Shown here piece after piece: positions 19,203-26,053 of a DNA stretch of 30,998 nucleotides (position 1 is the stretch's first letter; every line of letters starts with the position of its first letter). Location: IMG/VR virus record IMGVR_UViG_3300031519_000139, positions 1 to 30,998 of that record. One strand, written 5' to 3'. The DNA is from a virus. Taxonomy: Duplodnaviria > Caudoviricetes. The notes beneath the pieces are model-generated. The model ran no database searches and was not told the origin of the DNA. It saw only the letters and a program-made list of their open reading frames with translations. The translations under genes and the position numbers were made by a program.

Positions 19203-19981
19203 TCCGTGCAGATGAGATAGCAGTATGTGTATCTGGTCTAGCTAGAGAGGGGTACAAGGAAGCCATGGAGATAGCACGAAAAATTTTACCATTTAAATTT
19301 TTCTATATGCAATGGAAAGATTATCCGGCACCTGAAGTGCCAGACTGTGAATATTTCGACGAACCACAATATGATTACCATAATCTCACAGATACAAAGT
19401 ACAAACCCGATTGTGATATGTGGAGGAAATACGCAGGATCAAAACGGGCAAAGATATTTCGGAAGCCGGGTGCATGGGAGAAGACCAAACATAATTCAAA
19501 ACAAACACTGGCACACTACTGGCTAACAAACACACTGCCCAAGCAGTACAAAACAATAATCAAACTGAGGTACGATACATTTCTATCAACAAGTGTTGAC
19601 TTTATGCCGTTACTAGAAGAAGCACAACAAGGAAAAGTAATAGGCATATTAGCAACTACAGATGTTGACGAGCCGTTGCAAACACACAAATACAAAGATT
19701 GCAAAAGGTGTCCCGGCCCTTATCTATGGGATCATCTCATATTCCACCCCAGAGAAAAATTAAAGAATGTTGAGAAGATGTTTAAAGAAAAAAATCTATT
19801 GGGTGCTGAATGGGGATGGCACCAAGTGTTATGCCACCAATGGGGTGAAGACAGAAATTATATAAATGCAGTGGGCGGTAACATGTTGGCCAAGAAAAGG
19901 GAAATTGATAAAGTAGATCAATCTGAGATCCCAGAAGGCACAGCACTGACACCAGATATGATCACTGATCCCGACAAATGA
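19199..19981 (+). CDS. Hypothetical glycan-biosynthesis-associated protein
   Basis: IAVCVSGLAR and IIKLRYD pattern typical of GT-like proteins in polysaccharide loci; ATGA overlap. Confidence 0.5.
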   Translation: MIRADEIAVCVSGLAREGYKEAMEIARKILPFKFFYMQWKDYPAPEVPDCEYFDEPQYDYHNLTDTKYKPDCDMWRKYAGSKRAKIFRKPGAWEKTKHNSKQTLAHYWLTNTLPKQYKTIIKLRYDTFLSTSVDFMPLLEEAQQGKVIGILATTDVDEPLQTHKYKDCKRCPGPYLWDHLIFHPREKLKNVEKMFKEKNLLGAEWGWHQVLCHQWGEDRNYINAVGGNMLAKKREIDKVDQSEIPEGTALTPDMITDPDK

Positions 19982-20970
19982 TAAACCAGAGACTGTTCGA
20001 TCAATACAACATCGACACCAAGAAAGATTTAAAGATTAAAAATAGGTGTCCGCGGCCATTCGACACCATACTGATAGACAAGAACGGATCGTGCTATGCC
20101 TGTGAATGCACTGCATGGTTGCCGCAGAGCATAGGCAATCTACAGATCAGATCCTTGTCTGAGATAATAGGTTCCGAAACCCACACACAACTACAGGACT
20201 CTATCAGTGATGGTTCATACAGGTACTGTAATGAGAACCAATGCCCTTACATAAAATCAGGCAACGTGCTGAACACAATTCAAGATACACTGATCAAAGA
20301 GATAAGACTGGCCATTGACGATTCATGTAACCTACGCTGTCCAAGTTGTAGGAATGGTATGATATTCCACAAGGAGGGGTTGACATATAATAAACGAATC
20401 AAGTTGGCTGACAGCATCAACCATTGGCTCGAACTGCAGGAGCATCCGCTAACTGTACACATGGGATCTGATGGTGATCCGTTCGCCAGCAACATCTACA
20501 GGTACTTTATGAGCAACACCCCAATCAAGACCAACATAGGTTACAGTATACTGACCAATGGGCTGATGTTCGAAGAACACCGGGGGGTGCTTGCCAACAT
20601 TATGGGAAAACTTAAAGTATTGGGCGTCAGCATAGATGGAGCATCAAAACAAACATATGAGAAACTGCGATTGGGAGGGCGTTGGGACAAGATAAAAAGT
20701 AACCTGCAGTCCATGGCGGACAGCAAGGACAAATACGACTTTTGGTTTAGGTTCCATGTGGTCGTACAGCAGGACAACTGGTGGGAAATGAAGGACATGG
20801 TGGAACTGGCAGAGTCATATGGTGTGGATGAGATTTACTTCAGCAAGATACAGGACTGGAACACAGCACTAGATCATTCAAAGCAGACATTTACGAACCT
20901 AAAAGAATTCAAAGATTTACGTGATGAGGTAACCAACATGTCAACAAAATATATTGTGGCGGGATTTTAA
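19978..20970 (+). CDS. Radical SAM protein with N-terminal SPASM-like domain
   Basis: N-terminal CPRPF...CYACEC...IGNL...C...C; core CNLRCPSC, GDPF, TNG and SIDG motifs. Confidence 0.85.
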   Translation: MINQRLFDQYNIDTKKDLKIKNRCPRPFDTILIDKNGSCYACECTAWLPQSIGNLQIRSLSEIIGSETHTQLQDSISDGSYRYCNENQCPYIKSGNVLNTIQDTLIKEIRLAIDDSCNLRCPSCRNGMIFHKEGLTYNKRIKLADSINHWLELQEHPLTVHMGSDGDPFASNIYRYFMSNTPIKTNIGYSILTNGLMFEEHRGVLANIMGKLKVLGVSIDGASKQTYEKLRLGGRWDKIKSNLQSMADSKDKYDFWFRFHVVVQQDNWWEMKDMVELAESYGVDEIYFSKIQDWNTALDHSKQTFTNLKEFKDLRDEVTNMSTKYIVAGF

Positions 20971-20971
20971 T

Positions 20972-21496
20972 ATGTTAACACAATGGAATAAATTATTGAA
21001 CACAGATTGCACAGTCGTGGATATAGGTCCTCACACAGTCTATCCTATATTCCGGGTTGGCTCATCGAGTCTGATGAATGCGGCTGACAAAACATATGTA
21101 AACAGTCACATAGCCGAATGCAAACACATAGACGTAATGATCAGGGATCCTAGTGATCGTTTTGTGTCTGGCGTTAACGAATATTGCAGACAGAACAACT
21201 TAAACGTTGAAGAGACATGGAAACTAGTAGAGCAGGGCAAGTTGGTAGATAGACATTTCTCACCACAGTATTTGTGGCTTTTACATCTGTATAAATTTTA
21301 CAAAGGCACTGTCACTATACTGCCATTCAAACACATAAAGAAAATAACAAGTGTACACAAAAGAAAGGGTGACAAGGCAGAGCCCGTGACACCACTGAAA
21401 TCATTTGTCGAGGTAGACTATGCGTTAACAGAACACTACTACGAAACATTTGAACTCGGTGAACTTATCAAGAGGTATAGAAATGTATTGTCCTAG
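20972..21496 (+). CDS. Sulfotransferase-family-like protein
   Basis: PIFRVGSSSL, IRDPSDRFVSG and DRHFSPQ resemble Sulfotransfer_2 PAPS-binding motifs. Confidence 0.55.
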   Translation: MLTQWNKLLNTDCTVVDIGPHTVYPIFRVGSSSLMNAADKTYVNSHIAECKHIDVMIRDPSDRFVSGVNEYCRQNNLNVEETWKLVEQGKLVDRHFSPQYLWLLHLYKFYKGTVTILPFKHIKKITSVHKRKGDKAEPVTPLKSFVEVDYALTEHYYETFELGELIKRYRNVLS

Positions 21497-22505
21497 GCTT
21501 GACCATTTTGTGAGACTTAACCAGGACGGTTCCGTGGGCAAGTGCGGACACATGGTAAATGACAAGGGCTTTGAAAGTTTTGAAGAACTAGAACGCAGTG
21601 AATGGATAAAAGGCATCAAGGACACGATGTCGGAGGACAAATGGCCCGACGAATGTACCAGATGCCAACAGTCCGAACGTGTCAAGGGTGAGAGCATCAG
21701 GACCAACAGCATAGCCAGACACAAGATGTTACATCCAATACTCAAGGACTATCTCATAGTGGGTGGTGTGTTAGATAATATTTGTAATAGTGCTTGCCAA
21801 TCCTGCAACGCCGGTCTCAGCACAAAGATAGGCAGTCTGGAATCAAAGAACTATACTCGTGTGGACAACTACGATGTGTTCCAAACGCTACCGTTGGACC
21901 GAGTGATAGAGCTAGATGTCAACGGGGGAGAACCGACCGCCAGCAAGAACTACAAGAAAGTGTTAAGCAACCTGCCTGCGAACACAAAGATAGTGAGGAT
22001 GAACACCAATGGTTCTAAGATGATCAAGGAGATTGAAGATGTGTTGAAGAGAAACATTATGGTCATAGTGACCATGAGCCTAGATGGTATAGGCAGTGTG
22101 CATGATTACACAAGATGGCCAATCAAATGGATAGACTACAAAAAGACAGTCGATGCCTACAAGGACCTGCAGGAAAAATACAAGTTACTACAATTAGATT
22201 TCTGGACAACTGTTAGCTGTTTGAACATAAAAAACTTGCCAGAAATAATAAACTTCGCAAAGAACAAAAACATACCGCACGACTGGAGTTTCTTAGACAA
22301 TCCTAGTGTGTTGAATGTAAGATACAAAAATAAATTTACAACACGTGCCAAACACATGTCCCCGAAAGAGATAGCGGTAGACGAAGACAACAGCGAACAG
22401 CTTGAATATTTTATTAAACGACAGGATACTCTGCGTAATATATCTATAGATGATTATTTTAGTTGGTGTGCCGGGCATGATTCGAACATGCGACCTTCGG
22501 TTTAG
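21483..22505 (+). CDS. Radical SAM protein with N-terminal twitch/SPASM-like domain
   Basis: MYCPRL...GKCGH...CTRC, CNSACQSC, NGGEP, TNGS and SLDG motifs; 3' end overlaps tRNA-Arg antisense. Confidence 0.85.
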   Translation: MYCPRLDHFVRLNQDGSVGKCGHMVNDKGFESFEELERSEWIKGIKDTMSEDKWPDECTRCQQSERVKGESIRTNSIARHKMLHPILKDYLIVGGVLDNICNSACQSCNAGLSTKIGSLESKNYTRVDNYDVFQTLPLDRVIELDVNGGEPTASKNYKKVLSNLPANTKIVRMNTNGSKMIKEIEDVLKRNIMVIVTMSLDGIGSVHDYTRWPIKWIDYKKTVDAYKDLQEKYKLLQLDFWTTVSCLNIKNLPEIINFAKNKNIPHDWSFLDNPSVLNVRYKNKFTTRAKHMSPKEIAVDEDNSEQLEYFIKRQDTLRNISIDDYFSWCAGHDSNMRPSV

Positions 22506-22540
22506 GAAACCAACATTCTATCCAACTGAACTACCGGCAC
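22464..22540 (-). tRNA. tRNA-Arg(CCT)
   Basis: 77-nt cloverleaf GTGCCGG...CCGGCAC-ACCA; anticodon arm TTGGT-TTCCTAA-ACCGA; TTCGAAT T-loop; encoded CCA. Confidence 0.93.
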
Positions 22541-22541
22541 G

Positions 22542-22618
22542 TGGCGGGAGTGAAGGGACTCGAACCCTCGACCTATCGCGTGACAGGCGATCGCTCTAAC
22601 CAACTGAGCTACACCCCC
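22542..22618 (-). tRNA. tRNA-Asp(GTC)
   Basis: 77-nt cloverleaf GGGGGTG...CACTCCC-GCCA; anticodon arm ATCGC-CTGTCAC-GCGAT; encoded CCA. Confidence 0.96.
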
Positions 22619-22718
22619 CAATGTGTATTTGGTGGATCCCCCAAACATACCAAACTTACCAAAACAACCACTATTACCAAAAAAGTTAGAATAGCGTTTA
22701 TCTTGAGAGTTGTGTTAG

Positions 22719-22794
22719 TGGTGCCCCTTGTCCGAGTCGAACAGACCACCTACTGATTACAAATCAGTTGCTCTACCAGATGAGCTAAAGGGGC
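22719..22794 (-). tRNA. tRNA-Thr(TGT)
   Basis: 76-nt cloverleaf GCCCCTT...AAGGGGC-ACCA; anticodon arm ACTGA-TTTGTAA-TCAGT; encoded CCA. Confidence 0.96.
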
Positions 22795-22812
22795 CTCCGT
22801 TAACACAATATA

Positions 22813-22841
22813 ATAATATACTACAAACATCTATGTGTCTA
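22813..22841 (-). promoter_or_regulatory. Sigma70-like promoter for the tRNA cluster
   Basis: Minus strand TAGACA-N17-TATTAT, about 20 nt upstream of tRNA-Thr. Confidence 0.55.
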
Positions 22842-22889
22842 CCTTTTAAACAAAGTCGTACATGCCCTTTAGAGCTACACAGAGCTGTG

Positions 22890-22982
22890 TATACGCATGG
22901 TAAAACATAGCTTGGAGCAGTTGTATGTTTGTTATAATATACGCACTTAACGGTGTTTAAATGCACCTATGTTCTATACGCA
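22890..22982 (+). repeat. Three exact copies of TATACGCA
   Basis: Copies at 22890-22897, 22938-22945 and 22975-22982, between divergent promoters. Confidence 0.7.
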
Positions 22983-22993
22983 TATCAGCCCTG

Positions 22994-23021
22994 TTGACAA
23001 CACATAAATATTCTGTATAAT
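22994..23021 (+). promoter_or_regulatory. Consensus sigma70 promoter (leaderless)
   Basis: TTGACA-N16-TATAAT, with ATG 6 nt downstream. Confidence 0.75.
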
Positions 23022-23027
23022 AGTATT

Positions 23028-23207
23028 ATGAGAGATTCAAAAGCAATAAACGAAGCAATAGCAAAAAAACAGAGAGCATCTAAAGAAAAACTCCTGTTCA
23101 AGACTTTACGTAAAGAGGTCGAGGTCGGTGCGAATGGTACACAGGAATATGTGATCAAGCAAGGACCAAACAGTGGCAAGATTGCCAAGGGCTTCCAAAA
23201 AAGCTAA
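23028..23207 (+). CDS. Small basic hypothetical protein (59 aa), not in ORF track
   Basis: MRDSKAINEAIAKKQRASKEKLLFKTLRKEVEVGANGTQEYVIKQGPNSGKIAKGFQKS*, directly behind a consensus promoter. Confidence 0.75.
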   Translation: MRDSKAINEAIAKKQRASKEKLLFKTLRKEVEVGANGTQEYVIKQGPNSGKIAKGFQKS

Positions 23208-23256
23208 TAACTTAATACCATTACATTATCAATTACAACCTGCAGTAAATAAAGCT

Positions 23257-23493
23257 ATGGATAGAGAACTTGAAAGATATATCATTGCCGGACTTGTGCT
23301 AATACTATTAGTGCTTGGTATTTCTGGTTGCGGAGTTAAGAATGTACAAGTACAACAGCCGGAGGAGAAAGAACAGATTTCCCAACCCACAATTTCAAAC
23401 CTAGAAGGTATTGCGTTTGTGTTGGGGTGTATGTTTGATCCTACTCCGTGCCAAGAGAAGAAAGACCTAGGAAAGACCGAGGAGGACAAATGA
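23257..23493 (+). CDS. Putative lipoprotein
   Basis: TAAATA (23246-23251)-N5-ATG 23257; hydrophobic signal ending in an ISGC lipobox. Confidence 0.65.
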   Translation: MDRELERYIIAGLVLILLVLGISGCGVKNVQVQQPEEKEQISQPTISNLEGIAFVLGCMFDPTPCQEKKDLGKTEEDK

Positions 23494-23606
23494 TGATTGA
23501 ATTCATTTGTGAACTTTGTGGGTGCGAACAGCACTGTAAGAGATCTTGTGGTGAATGTCAGGACTGTCCTGATTGCCAATGCAAACAGTGTAAAGACAAA
23601 TCTTAA
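23490..23606 (+). CDS. Cys-rich metallothionein-like microprotein (38 aa, 10 Cys), not in ORF track
   Basis: MMIEFICELCGCEQHCKRSCGECQDCPDCQCKQCKDKS*; GGAGG at 23481-23485; ATGA overlap with the upstream gene. Confidence 0.7.
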   Translation: MMIEFICELCGCEQHCKRSCGECQDCPDCQCKQCKDKS

Positions 23607-23692
23607 AATATTATCCTTAATAGAAAAAACGACATCCCGCCAAGTATAAGTGATACTGCTACTACACCTGCTATTGTGTAAACTGCATTCAT
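23603..23692 (-). CDS. Single-pass membrane microprotein (29 aa), not in ORF track
   Basis: MNAVYTIAGVVAVSLILGGMSFFLLRIIF*; starts 2 nt after the upstream stop and its stop overlaps the convergent stop. Confidence 0.5.
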   Translation of the reverse strand: MNAVYTIAGVVAVSLILGGMSFFLLRIIF

Positions 23693-23694
23693 GA

Positions 23695-23994
23695 TTACGA
23701 AGGGTCTTTCGGTTTTGGTCCTATGAACTCGGGTATGAGTGAAACACAGATGGCTTCTAGGCCTCCCTTTAACACTCTTTTGACTTTGCAGTCATATCCT
23801 GTTATTGAAGATAGTATCCTGTCGTCAGTAGTCTTCTTATCGTTGGCCGACAAGCTGAGATCAACAGCACCTTTAGTTTGTGCAACGATTTTATAAGTTT
23901 CGTATGATGTAGTCCCCGACCCTACCACTGCTCCTATGCTACCACAAGATGTTAGCAGTAATAATAATATCAATGAGCCGTGTATTGGTTTCAT
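23695..23994 (-). CDS. Putative lipoprotein
   Basis: Signal peptide with LLTSC lipobox. Confidence 0.7.
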   Translation of the reverse strand: MKPIHGSLILLLLLTSCGSIGAVVGSGTTSYETYKIVAQTKGAVDLSLSANDKKTTDDRILSSITGYDCKVKRVLKGGLEAICVSLIPEFIGPKPKDPS

Positions 23995-24009
23995 AAATGT
24001 AACCGGGTG

Positions 24010-24207
24010 TTATTTTTCAGCAATTAACTTACAGTTTTCTTTAGTTGCGTCCAGACCTTTTTCTCTGTCATAAACCCAAAGGTGAGACCAAACTACTTGT
24101 TCCCCGCTGACTGTACATCTCTTCCCCCAAGCTAATGTGGGATTCTTTGGTACAGCACAACCAACCAATAGGATTGATGCTAATATTAATGTTGCGAATG
24201 TTTTCAT
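24010..24207 (-). CDS. Putative small lipoprotein
   Basis: MKTFATLILASILLVGC lipobox; TAAATA-N5-ATG. Confidence 0.7.
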   Translation of the reverse strand: MKTFATLILASILLVGCAVPKNPTLAWGKRCTVSGEQVVWSHLWVYDREKGLDATKENCKLIAEK

Positions 24208-24313
24208 GTGCGTATTTACCTTAATATACTGCTATAATAACAGGTGTTGAACAAAAGTCAACCATCATTTTATAGGTAAATAAGGGTACAACTTAAAATA
24301 AGGAGGATTTAAT

Positions 24314-24484
24314 ATGGATCCGATTAAATGGGTAAAAGATAGACTAGACGAGAGAACATCATGGGATGGCGCTGTGCTTATAGCAGTTGGCGTTGTTGTG
24401 TTAATTGCAGGACCTATAGCCAAGTTAGCGGCATGGGGAGCAATTGGTTATGGTGCTTGGACTCTATACAAAAGGGAGAAGTAG
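24314..24484 (+). CDS. Small two-TM membrane protein (56 aa, holin-like topology), not in ORF track
   Basis: MDPIKWVKDRLDERTSWDGAVLIAVGVVVLIAGPIAKLAAWGAIGYGAWTLYKREK*; strong AAGGAGG SD; TAAATA at 24277-24282. Confidence 0.75.
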   Translation: MDPIKWVKDRLDERTSWDGAVLIAVGVVVLIAGPIAKLAAWGAIGYGAWTLYKREK

Positions 24485-24485
24485 T

Positions 24486-24638
24486 ATGAAATTCAAACTA
24501 CCAAAGATGCCTAAGGTTAAGATGCCTGACATTGTTGGCAATGCCAAGAAGCTTGGCAAGGCAGTCAGCAAAGAAGTAGGTGATAAAACCAAAGGTGCTG
24601 TAAAAGGATTTAAAGGATTAAACCCTTTCAAGAAGTAA
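24486..24638 (+). CDS. Small Lys-rich hypothetical protein (50 aa)
   Basis: GGAG SD, then ATG 24486 immediately after the previous stop. Confidence 0.6.
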   Translation: MKFKLPKMPKVKMPDIVGNAKKLGKAVSKEVGDKTKGAVKGFKGLNPFKK

Positions 24639-24659
24639 ACTAGATATGGAGGTGGCCTT

Positions 24660-24830
24660 ATGTACAAATGGATTAAGAATCTGGTTGATGCATATGACAA
24701 GATGTTCATTGTCGAAAAGCCTAAACAACCAACTGTATACAAGATTGGTAATAGAAGATATATCCGTACCAAAAAGATAAGCAAAAGAACAGTTGGTACA
24801 GTAAGATATATTAAAAAAGAGGAAGAATAA
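24660..24830 (+). CDS. Small basic hypothetical protein (56 aa), not in ORF track
   Basis: GGAGG SD; MYKWIKNLVDAYDKMFIVEKPKQPTVYKIGNRRYIRTKKISKRTVGTVRYIKKEEE*; abuts the next ATG. Confidence 0.65.
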   Translation: MYKWIKNLVDAYDKMFIVEKPKQPTVYKIGNRRYIRTKKISKRTVGTVRYIKKEEE

Positions 24831-24831
24831 T

Positions 24832-25044
24832 ATGTGGACCTGGATAGGAAAAATACTAGGAAGTGGCGGTGATGCAAAAGCAGAACCCAAAGTAGAAACT
24901 AAAGCTGAACCTAAACGTGCAAGAGAGAAAGGCAGATACAAAGCAGACGACAAGTCTACCGCGGATGTCAACGAAGCATGGGTAGGAGGGGAGGCACCTA
25001 AAAAGAAAAAAAGAAAATTCAAATTGAGAAAAGAATTTAGATAG
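24832..25044 (+). CDS. Hypothetical phage protein
   Basis: RAREKGRYKADDKSTADVNEAW motif, of a type I associate with small phage proteins; operon position. Confidence 0.65.
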   Translation: MWTWIGKILGSGGDAKAEPKVETKAEPKRAREKGRYKADDKSTADVNEAWVGGEAPKKKKRKFKLRKEFR

Positions 25045-25048
25045 AAAA

Positions 25049-25495
25049 ATGAAGATTAGCGACCAGACATCGATATCAATGCCCATGAAGAATTTAATTT
25101 CTATCATGGTAGCAACTGCTATTGGTGTTTGGGCTTACTTCGGAGTCATAGAAAGATTAACAATGCTAGAGATGAGGAATGCACTGTTAGAGAAAGATCT
25201 CGAACAAGCAGAATCAAAACTTTCAGCAGATATAGATAAGAACAACGAGTTTAGGATCAAGTATCCACGTGGAGAGTTGGGACAGAGTTCGCAGGACATA
25301 GAACAGTTCATGTTGATCGAGGACCTGTACAAGAGCGTTGAAAGAATGCAGAAACACCTAGACAACATGTCTAACAACAAGATCAACATCGAGTTCCTGA
25401 ATGCACAAATGGAAAAAGCGACAGAGAGCATTGAGAAACTAAAAGATGCTGACAGAGACATCAAATACACAAACGGTAACGGAGAAGCACACTAA
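25049..25495 (+). CDS. Membrane-anchored coiled-coil hypothetical protein
   Basis: N-terminal TM (LISIMVATAIGVWAYFGVI) followed by heptad-rich helices. Confidence 0.75.
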   Translation: MKISDQTSISMPMKNLISIMVATAIGVWAYFGVIERLTMLEMRNALLEKDLEQAESKLSADIDKNNEFRIKYPRGELGQSSQDIEQFMLIEDLYKSVERMQKHLDNMSNNKINIEFLNAQMEKATESIEKLKDADRDIKYTNGNGEAH

Positions 25496-25704
25496 TGATT
25501 GAAACAGTAGTTGCATTGTTGATGATCGTACAGGGAGAGATCAAGGAACACAGAATACAAGACTCGATGGCCAAGTGCCTGAGGGGTAAACGTACTGCTG
25601 AGCGAGATTACAATGAGAACGTCAAATACCAATGCATCAAAGCCAAAGCAGAGACAGAGATCTACATGGGCGAGAAGTCCATCTTAAAAATAATATTAAA
25701 TTAA
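25495..25704 (+). CDS. Small hypothetical protein
   Basis: TAATG coupling; two Cys; 69 aa. Confidence 0.7.
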   Translation: MIETVVALLMIVQGEIKEHRIQDSMAKCLRGKRTAERDYNENVKYQCIKAKAETEIYMGEKSILKIILN

Positions 25705-25920
25705 ATTATCAAAAAATCTTATCTGAGAAGAATTGTAGGAACAGTTGTTCCACCAGTCCTGGCCTTCTATGTTCATGTCACAGTGTTCACATCTGTCAAT
25801 AACCCAAATTGGTTTGTCAAACAACGGAGTTGACCCTGCGGTAGTTGGACAATGTGTGTGCCACCATACCATCTTATGAGTCATAATGTAGATTACCTTA
25901 CGTTTTTCATCTGTGTACAT
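25696..25920 (-). CDS. Small hypothetical protein with possible Zn-binding residues (74 aa)
   Basis: TAAATA (25931-25926)-N5-ATG 25920; HTHC...CEHC motif. Confidence 0.55.
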   Translation of the reverse strand: MYTDEKRKVIYIMTHKMVWWHTHCPTTAGSTPLFDKPIWVIDRCEHCDMNIEGQDWWNNCSYNSSQIRFFDNLI

Positions 25921-25930
25921 AGTTTTATTT

Positions 25931-26040
25931 ACTTTTTGTAAATCTTGTAAATTTAAGTTTACAAAAAGTTTACGTCGTTTACAACGTATGACTATGATTT
26001 TAAGAGTTTTTGTGTATAATTTACTATAAGTAAATTTACA
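25931..26040. promoter_or_regulatory. Divergent promoter region with palindromes and GTAAA/TTTAC repeats
   Basis: ACTTTTTGTAAA-N15-TTTACAAAAAGT (25931-25969); AATTTACT-N3-AGTAAATT (26018-26036) overlapping TGTG-TATAAT. Confidence 0.6.
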
Positions 26041-26053
26041 AAGGAGAAACAAA

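Noticed and set aside
13200-22470. Integrated mobile element with att sites at tRNA-Arg
   Set aside because: No duplicate of the tRNA 3' end is seen at the left boundary, and no integrase is present.
22541-22966. ORF-track entries 22541-22756, 22728-22910 and 22757-22966
   Set aside because: These are shadows of tRNA genes and promoter DNA.
17168-26052. Longer ORF-track starts at 17168, 19184, 20954, 21450, 23173, 24444 and 26052
   Set aside because: Downstream ATGs fit coupling, SD or TAAATA spacing better and avoid large overlaps.
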